IMG/VR virus record: IMGVR_UViG_3300003809_000009
Coordinates: 1-33,023 of that record
Length of the DNA: 33,023 nucleotides
Direction: 5' to 3' (one strand)
Source of the DNA: a virus
Lineage: Duplodnaviria > Caudoviricetes
Position numbers and translations under genes: made by a program. The stretch's first letter is position 1, and every line of letters starts with the position of its first letter. The notes under the pieces are model-generated. The model was given only the letters and a program-made list of their open reading frames with translations, ran no database searches and was not told the origin of the DNA. Below, piece after piece: positions 26,085-33,023 of the stretch.

Positions 26085-27862
26085 TATCTAAGTCCTATAC
26101 TTGTGTAATATCCACCAGCTTTTAGCATATCTACATTGGTGTCTTGACCTGGTATTTTAGTGGTATTAATGCTTAAAGCAATTGGAGTTGGATTCCAATT
26201 TAAAGAGCCTAATGTGCTTGAAGTATTGGATGTTGGAGCACTTGGGGCTTGTGGAACTCCAGAGCCTTTATTGTTAGAAGATTCGCTTTCTAGTTTTTGT
26301 TTTAATTCAATATGCCCTGGGTCTTTAGTTCCCAATCTTCTATAAAGACCATATTGCGCTAAATATTCATCAGAATATTTTTCTGGATTTGCAATATCAA
26401 CTGCTTCTCCAGTAAGGTGTTTGCTATTTTCCATAGCAACTGGATTGCCTTGACCATTTGGTTTTGTGTAATATTTGCCATCAGCAGGATTTAAAATTCC
26501 ATGCTTTTTAGCCCAATTTTCATCTCTTTTTCCGCTAATGACAGGCAAACCAGCAGCTTGTACTGCATTGGCTAATTCAGGGTTTACACCACTTAAATTA
26601 TTCCACCAAGCCTTGAATCCTTCTTTCATACCTTCTCTAGAAGGCTCAAAAGGTATTGCACCTTTTTTCTTGGCTTCTTCTGGTGTCATAACAATATTAT
26701 GACTAGGATCAGGATTGAATGGCTCTTTAATCTTATCGGCTAACCAAAGAACAGCTTCAGCTAATTTGACAGCAGCTTCTCCAATAGTAACAACTTGAGA
26801 AGCGAATTTTTTAACAGCATCTTGAAATTCTGGCTTGGTCATATCTTTAGCCCAACCCTCAAGATGACTTGCAACATCAGTAATCCAATTTTTAATTGCT
26901 GGGCTTTCAAGGAAAACTTTAACCGCATTAGAAAATGAATCAGACAGCTTTTCTAATGGAGTGACTAAACCTTCCAATCCTGTCAGAAATACATTTTCAA
27001 TTTTTTGCTTTGATCTACCTAATTGAACATCTAAGTCTTGCCATCTTCTTAATAAAGCATCAGTAAGGGCTAAAGATTTGGTATCGGCATTGTATTTTCT
27101 CTCAATATCATCCATTTCACCTTTTCGCAAAGATGCCATTCTTCGAGCAGTTTCAACATCAATGCCTAAAGCAGATAATCCACTTACTTCCAATCTTTGT
27201 TGAGCAGTAGCAGGTTCGCCAGCTTTGTATACTTCAGCAGCCCTTCTAAGCAATTGTGGTAATAATTGGGCTACATTTTGATTGGGATTAACATTAGCAG
27301 CCTGGAAAGCCCATTGTTTTTGAACATCAGTTTGCGCTGCTGCAACATTTCCCAAAACCGAATTAACATCGGCAACTCTTTGAAAATTAATTTGAGCAGC
27401 TTTTAATTCTCCTGCCGATACTCCCAATCCTTGAGATTGCCTTCTAGTATCATTTGCAGAGCCAGCTAATGAGCCAATACCAAATAGACCACCAGCAGCA
27501 CCTAATAAACCAAAAGCAGTAGTAACACTACCCCATTTCAAAAGATTCCAAGTAGTAGCGGTAACATTTTTGGTAATAGATGCAGCAGACTTTCCAATAT
27601 TCTGCCAATGCTTTTCAGTCTTATTAACTACTTGATCTGTATTTTGTAAAGTCTTGTAATTTTTATCTAATCTGGAAGCAATAGTATCCAAAGCGTGTTG
27701 GATTTTATTGAAATTGCCCTGTAAAGAACCAACTTCTTTATTTATTTTTCCCCATTGATTTGGCATTTTGACAAGGGATTGCTGATACTTTTCAAAGAGT
27801 CTTTGGAACTCTTTGAATTTCTCATCATTAATATCAATGTCAATTACACTTTTAGTAGCCAT
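26084..27862 (-). CDS. Tape-measure protein with C-terminal M15-type peptidoglycan peptidase domain
   Basis: Helical Ala/Lys/Gln-rich body, hydrophobic segment; ISGKR...SKHLTGEAVD...DPGHIE zinc motifs. Confidence 0.8.
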   Translation of the reverse strand: MATKSVIDIDINDEKFKEFQRLFEKYQQSLVKMPNQWGKINKEVGSLQGNFNKIQHALDTIASRLDKNYKTLQNTDQVVNKTEKHWQNIGKSAASITKNVTATTWNLLKWGSVTTAFGLLGAAGGLFGIGSLAGSANDTRRQSQGLGVSAGELKAAQINFQRVADVNSVLGNVAAAQTDVQKQWAFQAANVNPNQNVAQLLPQLLRRAAEVYKAGEPATAQQRLEVSGLSALGIDVETARRMASLRKGEMDDIERKYNADTKSLALTDALLRRWQDLDVQLGRSKQKIENVFLTGLEGLVTPLEKLSDSFSNAVKVFLESPAIKNWITDVASHLEGWAKDMTKPEFQDAVKKFASQVVTIGEAAVKLAEAVLWLADKIKEPFNPDPSHNIVMTPEEAKKKGAIPFEPSREGMKEGFKAWWNNLSGVNPELANAVQAAGLPVISGKRDENWAKKHGILNPADGKYYTKPNGQGNPVAMENSKHLTGEAVDIANPEKYSDEYLAQYGLYRRLGTKDPGHIELKQKLESESSNNKGSGVPQAPSAPTSNTSSTLGSLNWNPTPIALSINTTKIPGQDTNVDMLKAGGYYTSIGLR

Positions 27863-28157
27863 TGTTTCTTCCTAATGCTCTCAAAATATGTCTTTGGCGA
27901 AACTCATGTGCGCTTGACTTATATTCTATATCTACATCCTCAAAAAACTTGGAAAATCCTTCAACACTTACATAATCTAAACAGGCAGAGACGATGTGGT
28001 CTCCATCTCTCCAGAATTCTCGACCTCTGTCGATGTCATCAAGGAATTCTGAAACTCCATAGAATTTAATGATGTTGTTTGCGATCCCCATAAGCCATTG
28101 ACTGTGTCCATGATGCTTTGAATTTGATTCTTCTTGTTTATCATAGACACACAAGTA
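27852..28157 (-). CDS. Candidate -1 frameshift extension of the tail assembly chaperone (gpGT-like)
   Basis: -1 frame stays open for 101 codons from the T8 run (28164-28157) to the tape-measure start; no good independent SD/ATG. Confidence 0.45.
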   Translation of the reverse strand, partial: YLCVYDKQEESNSKHHGHSQWLMGIANNIIKFYGVSEFLDDIDRGREFWRDGDHIVSACLDYVSVEGFSKFFEDVDIEYKSSAHEFRQRHILRALGRNNGY

Positions 28158-28549
28158 AAAAAAATGAGTTCGCCTTCAATTTCTGCGATTGTTTCGCTAT
28201 CAAAAGTACCTTTTTCAATAGCGGTATATAAAGGAATACTTTTCCAGCCTTTTGTGGATGGCATCATTACATTTGAAAGTCTAACTATTTCATTCACTAA
28301 TCCAGCCCTGACCCCAGAAACTCCATTCCAAATACCCATATCTTCTGCTGTTTGTTTAAGCATCAAATAGGCTATTCTTGATCCGCAAATCGCACCAAGC
28401 CCTTGAGAAAAGATTGCAGCAAAAGTTTTGGAAATTACCAAAAAATATTGCTCAAAAATATCTCTTGAGATTGGTGTGCTGTGAACATATAGCTGTCCTT
28501 TTTCCGATTCAATCGGAATTACTAAGTTCAAGGCTCGATTAATTTTCAT
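27977..28549 (-). CDS. Tail assembly chaperone (gpG-position)
   Basis: Between tube and tape measure; contains a slippery T-run. Confidence 0.7.
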   Translation of the reverse strand: MKINRALNLVIPIESEKGQLYVHSTPISRDIFEQYFLVISKTFAAIFSQGLGAICGSRIAYLMLKQTAEDMGIWNGVSGVRAGLVNEIVRLSNVMMPSTKGWKSIPLYTAIEKGTFDSETIAEIEGELIFFTCVSMINKKNQIQSIMDTVNGLWGSQTTSLNSMEFQNSLMTSTEVENSGEMETTSSLPV

Positions 28550-28553
28550 CTAT

Positions 28554-28994
28554 TTATAGACTCCAAAGTGCTGCGTTAACTTGGTATACACCAGTTAATG
28601 TGACTACAAAACCAGGCACATTACCATCATAAGTAACATCACGAACACCTTTGAGAACACAATTACCGATCTGATAATCCGACAAAGTTGCCGAATCAGC
28701 GATAACCGATATATCACCTACATTCACATTGGTTTCAATTTGCGTTTTATAAGCATTAGCTAATGCCTGACTTTTAAGCAAATTAATGGTTACAGTTGCC
28801 ATTTGATAGGGTTCTGGAGAAGTAACACCACCAGTTAAGGTTGGGATGAGCATACCTGCATCGCCTTCAAAAGCGATACTAATAGCTTCCCTAGCCAAAT
28901 ATGGGGCTGTTACATTGAGTGTTGCATTTTCGGCATAGACTACTGAACCACGCAGTCTATTTAATGTGCCTTGTTGAATTAATGGGGCTGCCAT
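28554..28994 (-). CDS. Tail tube protein
   Basis: 146 aa beta-rich; directly follows the sheath gene. Confidence 0.72.
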   Translation of the reverse strand: MAAPLIQQGTLNRLRGSVVYAENATLNVTAPYLAREAISIAFEGDAGMLIPTLTGGVTSPEPYQMATVTINLLKSQALANAYKTQIETNVNVGDISVIADSATLSDYQIGNCVLKGVRDVTYDGNVPGFVVTLTGVYQVNAALWSL

Positions 28995-29005
28995 GATTTA
29001 TTCCT

Positions 29006-30307
29006 TTATGCTAAAGCAAAGCTAGAAACATTCACATTAAATACAATTTGAATGAATCCTCTCGCTGGTGTATAAGTTACAGAAAGACCTGCATATTTAC
29101 CAATAGCATAGTCACTTGGGTTATCTGCTACATAAGTAGTAAATGGAACTGCATTTACAGTTACAGGAGACAGAACCAATCCATAAGCAACACCACTATT
29201 CATAGTGCCTTGGGCTACTTTTTGCAAGCGATTAATACCAGCTTGGTTATAGTACAAAGGATTAATTGGATTATTAGAACCATTAATGATTGCATTGGAG
29301 ATAAACAAGTTAATGTTGATCTGTACCCAATCTACTGAATACCAGTAAGTATAGTCTTGACCATCAGCAGTTACACCCCAAAGAACCAGAGTATTACTAA
29401 TGCCACCTTCTGCGCCTGTACCAACATAGTTCACATTAGCAGTTTTTAACAATTGACATTGTGCAACAGTACCAGTAAATGCTGTTACTCCTGAAATGTA
29501 TTGGAAAGCCATTGGAGCAACTTTATTGGTGTCGCTTGGGTTGTAATTTAAGGCATTGTAGAGCATTGCAGCAGGAGTCCACTCGGTTACTGGAGCAGTT
29601 GTATCTTGCAACATTGAAACTACAGATTTAACATTTTTAAATACACCATAAGTACCAATTACTTCTTTTACCCAGAAATAAACTTGAGAAGTGGTGGATT
29701 CATAGTTTTTAGCAAAAGTTAAGAATGAGGAATCAGATGACATCTCATAAGTAACTGCATAAGCATAAAACTTTTGTGGGTTAGCAACAATGTAGCTATT
29801 TAATGCTGTAACACCTTGTGCGCCTGTACCTGCTCCCAATTCAAGAACATAAATTGCATTGGCTGAACCTTGTGCAAAATAAGTAGTTGCCATAGCAACC
29901 AATTCTTGTACAGATTCAAGAGTAAAAGCACCTTGAGTTGTAACAGTACCAGGATTACTTGCCAAAGGATAAGTAAATGTAGAAGCACCAGTAGAAGTAA
30001 CTTGGAAAGTACCATTGTAGGCAGTAGGAACAACACCAGCAATAATGCCTGGAACAGTATCACTAATAGGAATTCCATGAGGTGCTGAAGTAACTACAGT
30101 AACTACACCAGTTGCCCAGTTAATAGAAGAAGTAGTAATTGCACCATTCAAAATAGAACTTAAATCCGCAAATTGAGTTAAAAGTGCGGTAGTACCAGTA
30201 GCTAATGTAGTCGCACCTTGGCTAACCAAAGCACCAGTTCTTTGCAGAGTATTGGGTGCTGGAGCAAGGGTTTGAGTTACATTAACTGTAACAATTTGAG
30301 TTGTCAT
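29006..30307 (-). CDS. Tail sheath protein (DUF3383-like)
   Basis: QIVTVNV N-terminus; YWYSVDWVQIN...LYYNQAGINRLQ C-terminal sheath pattern. Confidence 0.8.
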   Translation of the reverse strand: MTTQIVTVNVTQTLAPAPNTLQRTGALVSQGATTLATGTTALLTQFADLSSILNGAITTSSINWATGVVTVVTSAPHGIPISDTVPGIIAGVVPTAYNGTFQVTSTGASTFTYPLASNPGTVTTQGAFTLESVQELVAMATTYFAQGSANAIYVLELGAGTGAQGVTALNSYIVANPQKFYAYAVTYEMSSDSSFLTFAKNYESTTSQVYFWVKEVIGTYGVFKNVKSVVSMLQDTTAPVTEWTPAAMLYNALNYNPSDTNKVAPMAFQYISGVTAFTGTVAQCQLLKTANVNYVGTGAEGGISNTLVLWGVTADGQDYTYWYSVDWVQININLFISNAIINGSNNPINPLYYNQAGINRLQKVAQGTMNSGVAYGLVLSPVTVNAVPFTTYVADNPSDYAIGKYAGLSVTYTPARGFIQIVFNVNVSSFALA

Positions 30308-30320
30308 AATAGACCCCTAA

Positions 30321-30635
30321 TTAATTAAAGCTGACAGAAACAACCATTCCAGTACCAGGAACAATCACAATCCCATTAGCGCATGGGAAATCAATAGTGT
30401 AAGAACCTATAACATCAGGGATAGAAGCAACTAAGTTAGCTGCGCCTGTACCAGAGGTAGTAGCATGGTCATAAATTGAGCCATTTGTAGAACCACCAGT
30501 AGTAACATTGACTTTAGCAATGCGACCTTTGCTTGATTTGATTGCTGTAGCAGCAGAAATGTTGAGGAAAGAATTGATACCTTGGGCTGTAATAGCTGCG
30601 CCATTTACAACTGCTGGGTTTGAGGTAATTGCCAT
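30321..30635 (-). CDS. Small beta-rich virion protein
   Basis: ORF track; AAAGGAG SD; structural operon. Confidence 0.65.
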   Translation of the reverse strand: MAITSNPAVVNGAAITAQGINSFLNISAATAIKSSKGRIAKVNVTTGGSTNGSIYDHATTSGTGAANLVASIPDVIGSYTIDFPCANGIVIVPGTGMVVSVSFN

Positions 30636-30656
30636 TTGATAACTCCTTTTTTACAC

Positions 30657-31685
30657 TTAGGGTTGGGTTGGGTTGTAACTTACAAAAACTGACTTAATTA
30701 ACTTTAAAGCCACATCATTAACTGTATTTTGGTAATAACTGACTTTAAAGGTGATACTTTTCTTCATTGCAATAATGCCAAATTCAGGTTGAGTAACTTT
30801 CTCATCTTGCATTATAGGCATATTTTGAATACCAATATTATCGGTATCCATGCTGTATTGAAACACATAATTAGCAAAGTTTAAAGCCTCATTATTGCGA
30901 ATTCCATAGATGGAAATTTTAACTGTATCGCTTGCTAATTGATTGATTGTTGTTTGAGTACTAGGGCTTGATCCACCATTAATGACAATGTTATTTACTA
31001 TTGGAAATTGACCAATAGCTTCGGTATTAGAAGAAATAATGTCTACCGCAGCATAAGGTGGCGGTAAATTTTGATCCACTAAATAAGATGGATATAAAGG
31101 AAAGTATTGATTAAGTGCCAGCCAGATAGGAAGGCTATTAGACACAATCACACTAGAACTATCAAAATCGGTCATTGAATCAACAAGCTGAGTATCCATG
31201 ATGGAGTACAAAGCATCGCCACGATAATGGTAAAGATCAGCTTGTTTGTAATAATTGTCCCTACGACTAAAAGCAAATTGCACATTTTGATAAGTGGCAA
31301 CATAGATCAATTGAGGATTAATTAAATTAAAGTCCTGAATTGGCTGTAGGGAAGTAAAAATAATATGGTTGTAATTAGTAGTCCTATCATCCAATTGATG
31401 CAATTCTTGGGCTAAATGGAATGATCCTTGGGCAGTAATTGTCCTAGCTGGTACTTGACCTTTATAATTATCATAAAGCAGCCGATCATATTGCGCTGCA
31501 TTATAAATAGCAGTATCAGTTAAAAGGGCTGCATTAACCCAAAAAACATAGCCATCTAAAGGCAAAACCAGCTTTACATACAAAGTAAAGGTTACTTGTT
31601 CATTACCAGATAGGGTATTGACCCCTTCTGCCAATCCAGAAGCCAATTGTGGCTTTGCGCCTGAAGTCTCAAATACATTTGCCAT
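30657..31685 (-). CDS. Head-closure / tail-completion region protein
   Basis: Synteny upstream of sheath; precise role not assignable from sequence alone. Confidence 0.55.
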   Translation of the reverse strand: MANVFETSGAKPQLASGLAEGVNTLSGNEQVTFTLYVKLVLPLDGYVFWVNAALLTDTAIYNAAQYDRLLYDNYKGQVPARTITAQGSFHLAQELHQLDDRTTNYNHIIFTSLQPIQDFNLINPQLIYVATYQNVQFAFSRRDNYYKQADLYHYRGDALYSIMDTQLVDSMTDFDSSSVIVSNSLPIWLALNQYFPLYPSYLVDQNLPPPYAAVDIISSNTEAIGQFPIVNNIVINGGSSPSTQTTINQLASDTVKISIYGIRNNEALNFANYVFQYSMDTDNIGIQNMPIMQDEKVTQPEFGIIAMKKSITFKVSYYQNTVNDVALKLIKSVFVSYNPTQP

Positions 31686-32143
31686 TAATCAACCCAAGAT
31701 TTAAAAGAAGCCTGTAAAACTCCAGAATCAATAAAGGAAGGTCTGCGAATTCCAGTAACTCTGGTAAATCCAGCCCTTTTCCCTTTAACATAGCCTTTAG
31801 CTGTCAATCTACCCTTAAAGCGAATGCTTTTACCTTCTAAAGCAGCTTTGGTTGGAGTGCCAGGTATGCCTTGTTGCTCTGCTTCTTGAGAACTTAAAAA
31901 GTGCTTGAAATAGCCATCAATCTCGCTTGTGGCATCGGCAAAAGGGTCTTTGATCTTACCCCCTTGCATCATAGTTTCTAAAGCCCCTGCCATGCTTTCT
32001 GTAAGTCCATTGACGATTTTATTCTCATAGACTCTGGCAAAAACTGAAAATAATTCATATTTTTCTTCTAATTCTGTAGCCACCCCATAGGTGGTGTTCC
32101 CTTCAGGCTCTGGGACATCAATTACCCCAAGATGGAGAATCAA
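31685..32143 (-). CDS. Neck / tail-completion protein
   Basis: C-terminal RPSFIDSGVLQASF motif typical of neck (HK97 gp10-like) proteins. Confidence 0.6.
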   Translation of the reverse strand: MILHLGVIDVPEPEGNTTYGVATELEEKYELFSVFARVYENKIVNGLTESMAGALETMMQGGKIKDPFADATSEIDGYFKHFLSSQEAEQQGIPGTPTKAALEGKSIRFKGRLTAKGYVKGKRAGFTRVTGIRRPSFIDSGVLQASFKSWVD

Positions 32144-32595
32144 GTTAGCCCCCAGAGAGTTCCAAGAGATTGCATAAATGCCATCGCTTGTCTGCCATAA
32201 GGATTTTTAATCGCTTGCAAAGAAATCAAATCTAGATTTTGCAATCCTAAACCGACTGCCAGGGATTCATTAGTAGAAACATCCCCTGCATTACTGATAA
32301 CACCAGCAACAAAGTTATTCATGCCATAAGCCAATCTTGCATCAGAAAAGAAGGTTTGACCTGGTAAGTCTTGTTGCCATTGTAATAAATTGCTACCACC
32401 TAAGTTATACACAGTTAAAGTATAAATATCTGGTGAAGTAACTGAAAAATCAAGCGGAACTAGGTCTAATGCGACCTGATAAGCATACTGATAACCGACA
32501 TCATTATCAGCAATAGCAGTAGTGGGAATGCCCATTACAGCCCTTGTCCAAGCAATAAAGCCAGTTAATGATGGGGATGTAATGGGATCACTCAT
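32140..32595 (-). CDS. Head-tail adaptor protein (DUF4054-like)
   Basis: GVISNAGDVST, NPYGRQAMAF; synteny. Confidence 0.6.
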   Translation of the reverse strand: MSDPITSPSLTGFIAWTRAVMGIPTTAIADNDVGYQYAYQVALDLVPLDFSVTSPDIYTLTVYNLGGSNLLQWQQDLPGQTFFSDARLAYGMNNFVAGVISNAGDVSTNESLAVGLGLQNLDLISLQAIKNPYGRQAMAFMQSLGTLWGLT

Positions 32596-32603
32596 AATCT
32601 ACC

Positions 32604-33023
32604 TTATTTTCTTGGTCTACCCCGACTTTTGATCGGCTGAACACCCTCTCGAACTACTTCAATAGTTTGTTCAAACTTTTCGCTATTATCACCTGCATTT
32701 CGCTTTTCTTCCACTACTTCTATCTCAAGTCCTGATTTTTGTTTCAATCCCATTTCTTGAGCCTTGGCAGAAAGGATTTGATCGGCTGCTGCTGCGGTGA
32801 CATTTCTAGCTTGTTGAGCACGATCAATTGCTTCTTGTTCGCTTTGACTAAGTCCAGCTTCAATAGCTTCCACATTAATAGGCTTGTCAATTCGATAAGC
32901 AATGCCACCAAAACCTTTTTTGACCTTATTAGCTTCCATCATTCCATAAATAGAATGCTGCTTAATAATATGGTCAATTTCATCATGACTACCATTAATT
33001 TCCCATTGACCACCTGCACGAAT
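32604..33023 (-). CDS. Hypothetical head-region protein, 5'-truncated by the window
   Basis: Frame stays open to the window edge (IRAGGQWEINGSHDEIDHIIKQHSIYG precedes the track's MME start); ends RGRPRK. Confidence 0.7.
   Translation of the reverse strand: MRAGGQWEINGSHDEIDHIIKQHSIYGMMEANKVKKGFGGIAYRIDKPINVEAIEAGLSQSEQEAIDRAQQARNVTAAAADQILSAKAQEMGLKQKSGLEIEVVEEKRNAGDNSEKFEQTIEVVREGVQPIKSRGRPRK

Noticed and set aside
8917-30088. Plus-strand ORFs across the late region (e.g. 8917, 9240, 13395, 14238, 15507, 16770, 23312, 26475, 27755, 29048) and nested 18229, 29800 (minus)
   Set aside because: Antisense or alternate-frame shadows of low-complexity structural genes; only the Rz1-like nested ORF has a lipobox and SD.
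1-33023. Stop-codon reassignment
   Set aside because: Recognisable genes are full length in the standard code and TAA, TAG and TGA all serve as stops.

Overview
AT-rich, gene-dense segment of a tailed dsDNA phage with a contractile (myovirus-type) tail. The embedded spanin pair indicates a Gram-negative host; a betaproteobacterial host is my inference from the SSB sequence style and GAAAGG-type ribosome-binding sites. Layout: (i) 1-4253, leftward early/replication arm (RusA, O-like initiator with internal iterons, HD hydrolase, HTH, NinB, small ORFs); (ii) 4337-8714, rightward arm (ERF, YqaJ exonuclease, SSB, a candidate ~82-nt structured RNA, a chain of coupled micro-ORFs, a lipoprotein pair); (iii) 8698-33023, leftward late region (head-tail joining, sheath, tube, chaperone, tape measure with M15 peptidase, baseplate, several fibre genes, holin, spanins, GH24 endolysin, TraR-like protein). 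No integrase, cI/cro, CRISPR array, tRNA or reverse transcriptase is visible. Best lead: the structured RNA at 6530-6611 has its own -10 box, and its single-stranded linkers are complementary to a conserved (C)ACGAAAGG(T) leader/SD motif in front of four early genes in both arms. This suggests RNA-based control in a phage whose divergent switch region has no repressor gene. Other leads: protein-identical but heavily recoded fibre repeats, and apparent purging of ACGT/CCGG/ACGG/CCGT except in one fibre-tip module. All alignments and counts were done by eye; no searches were run.
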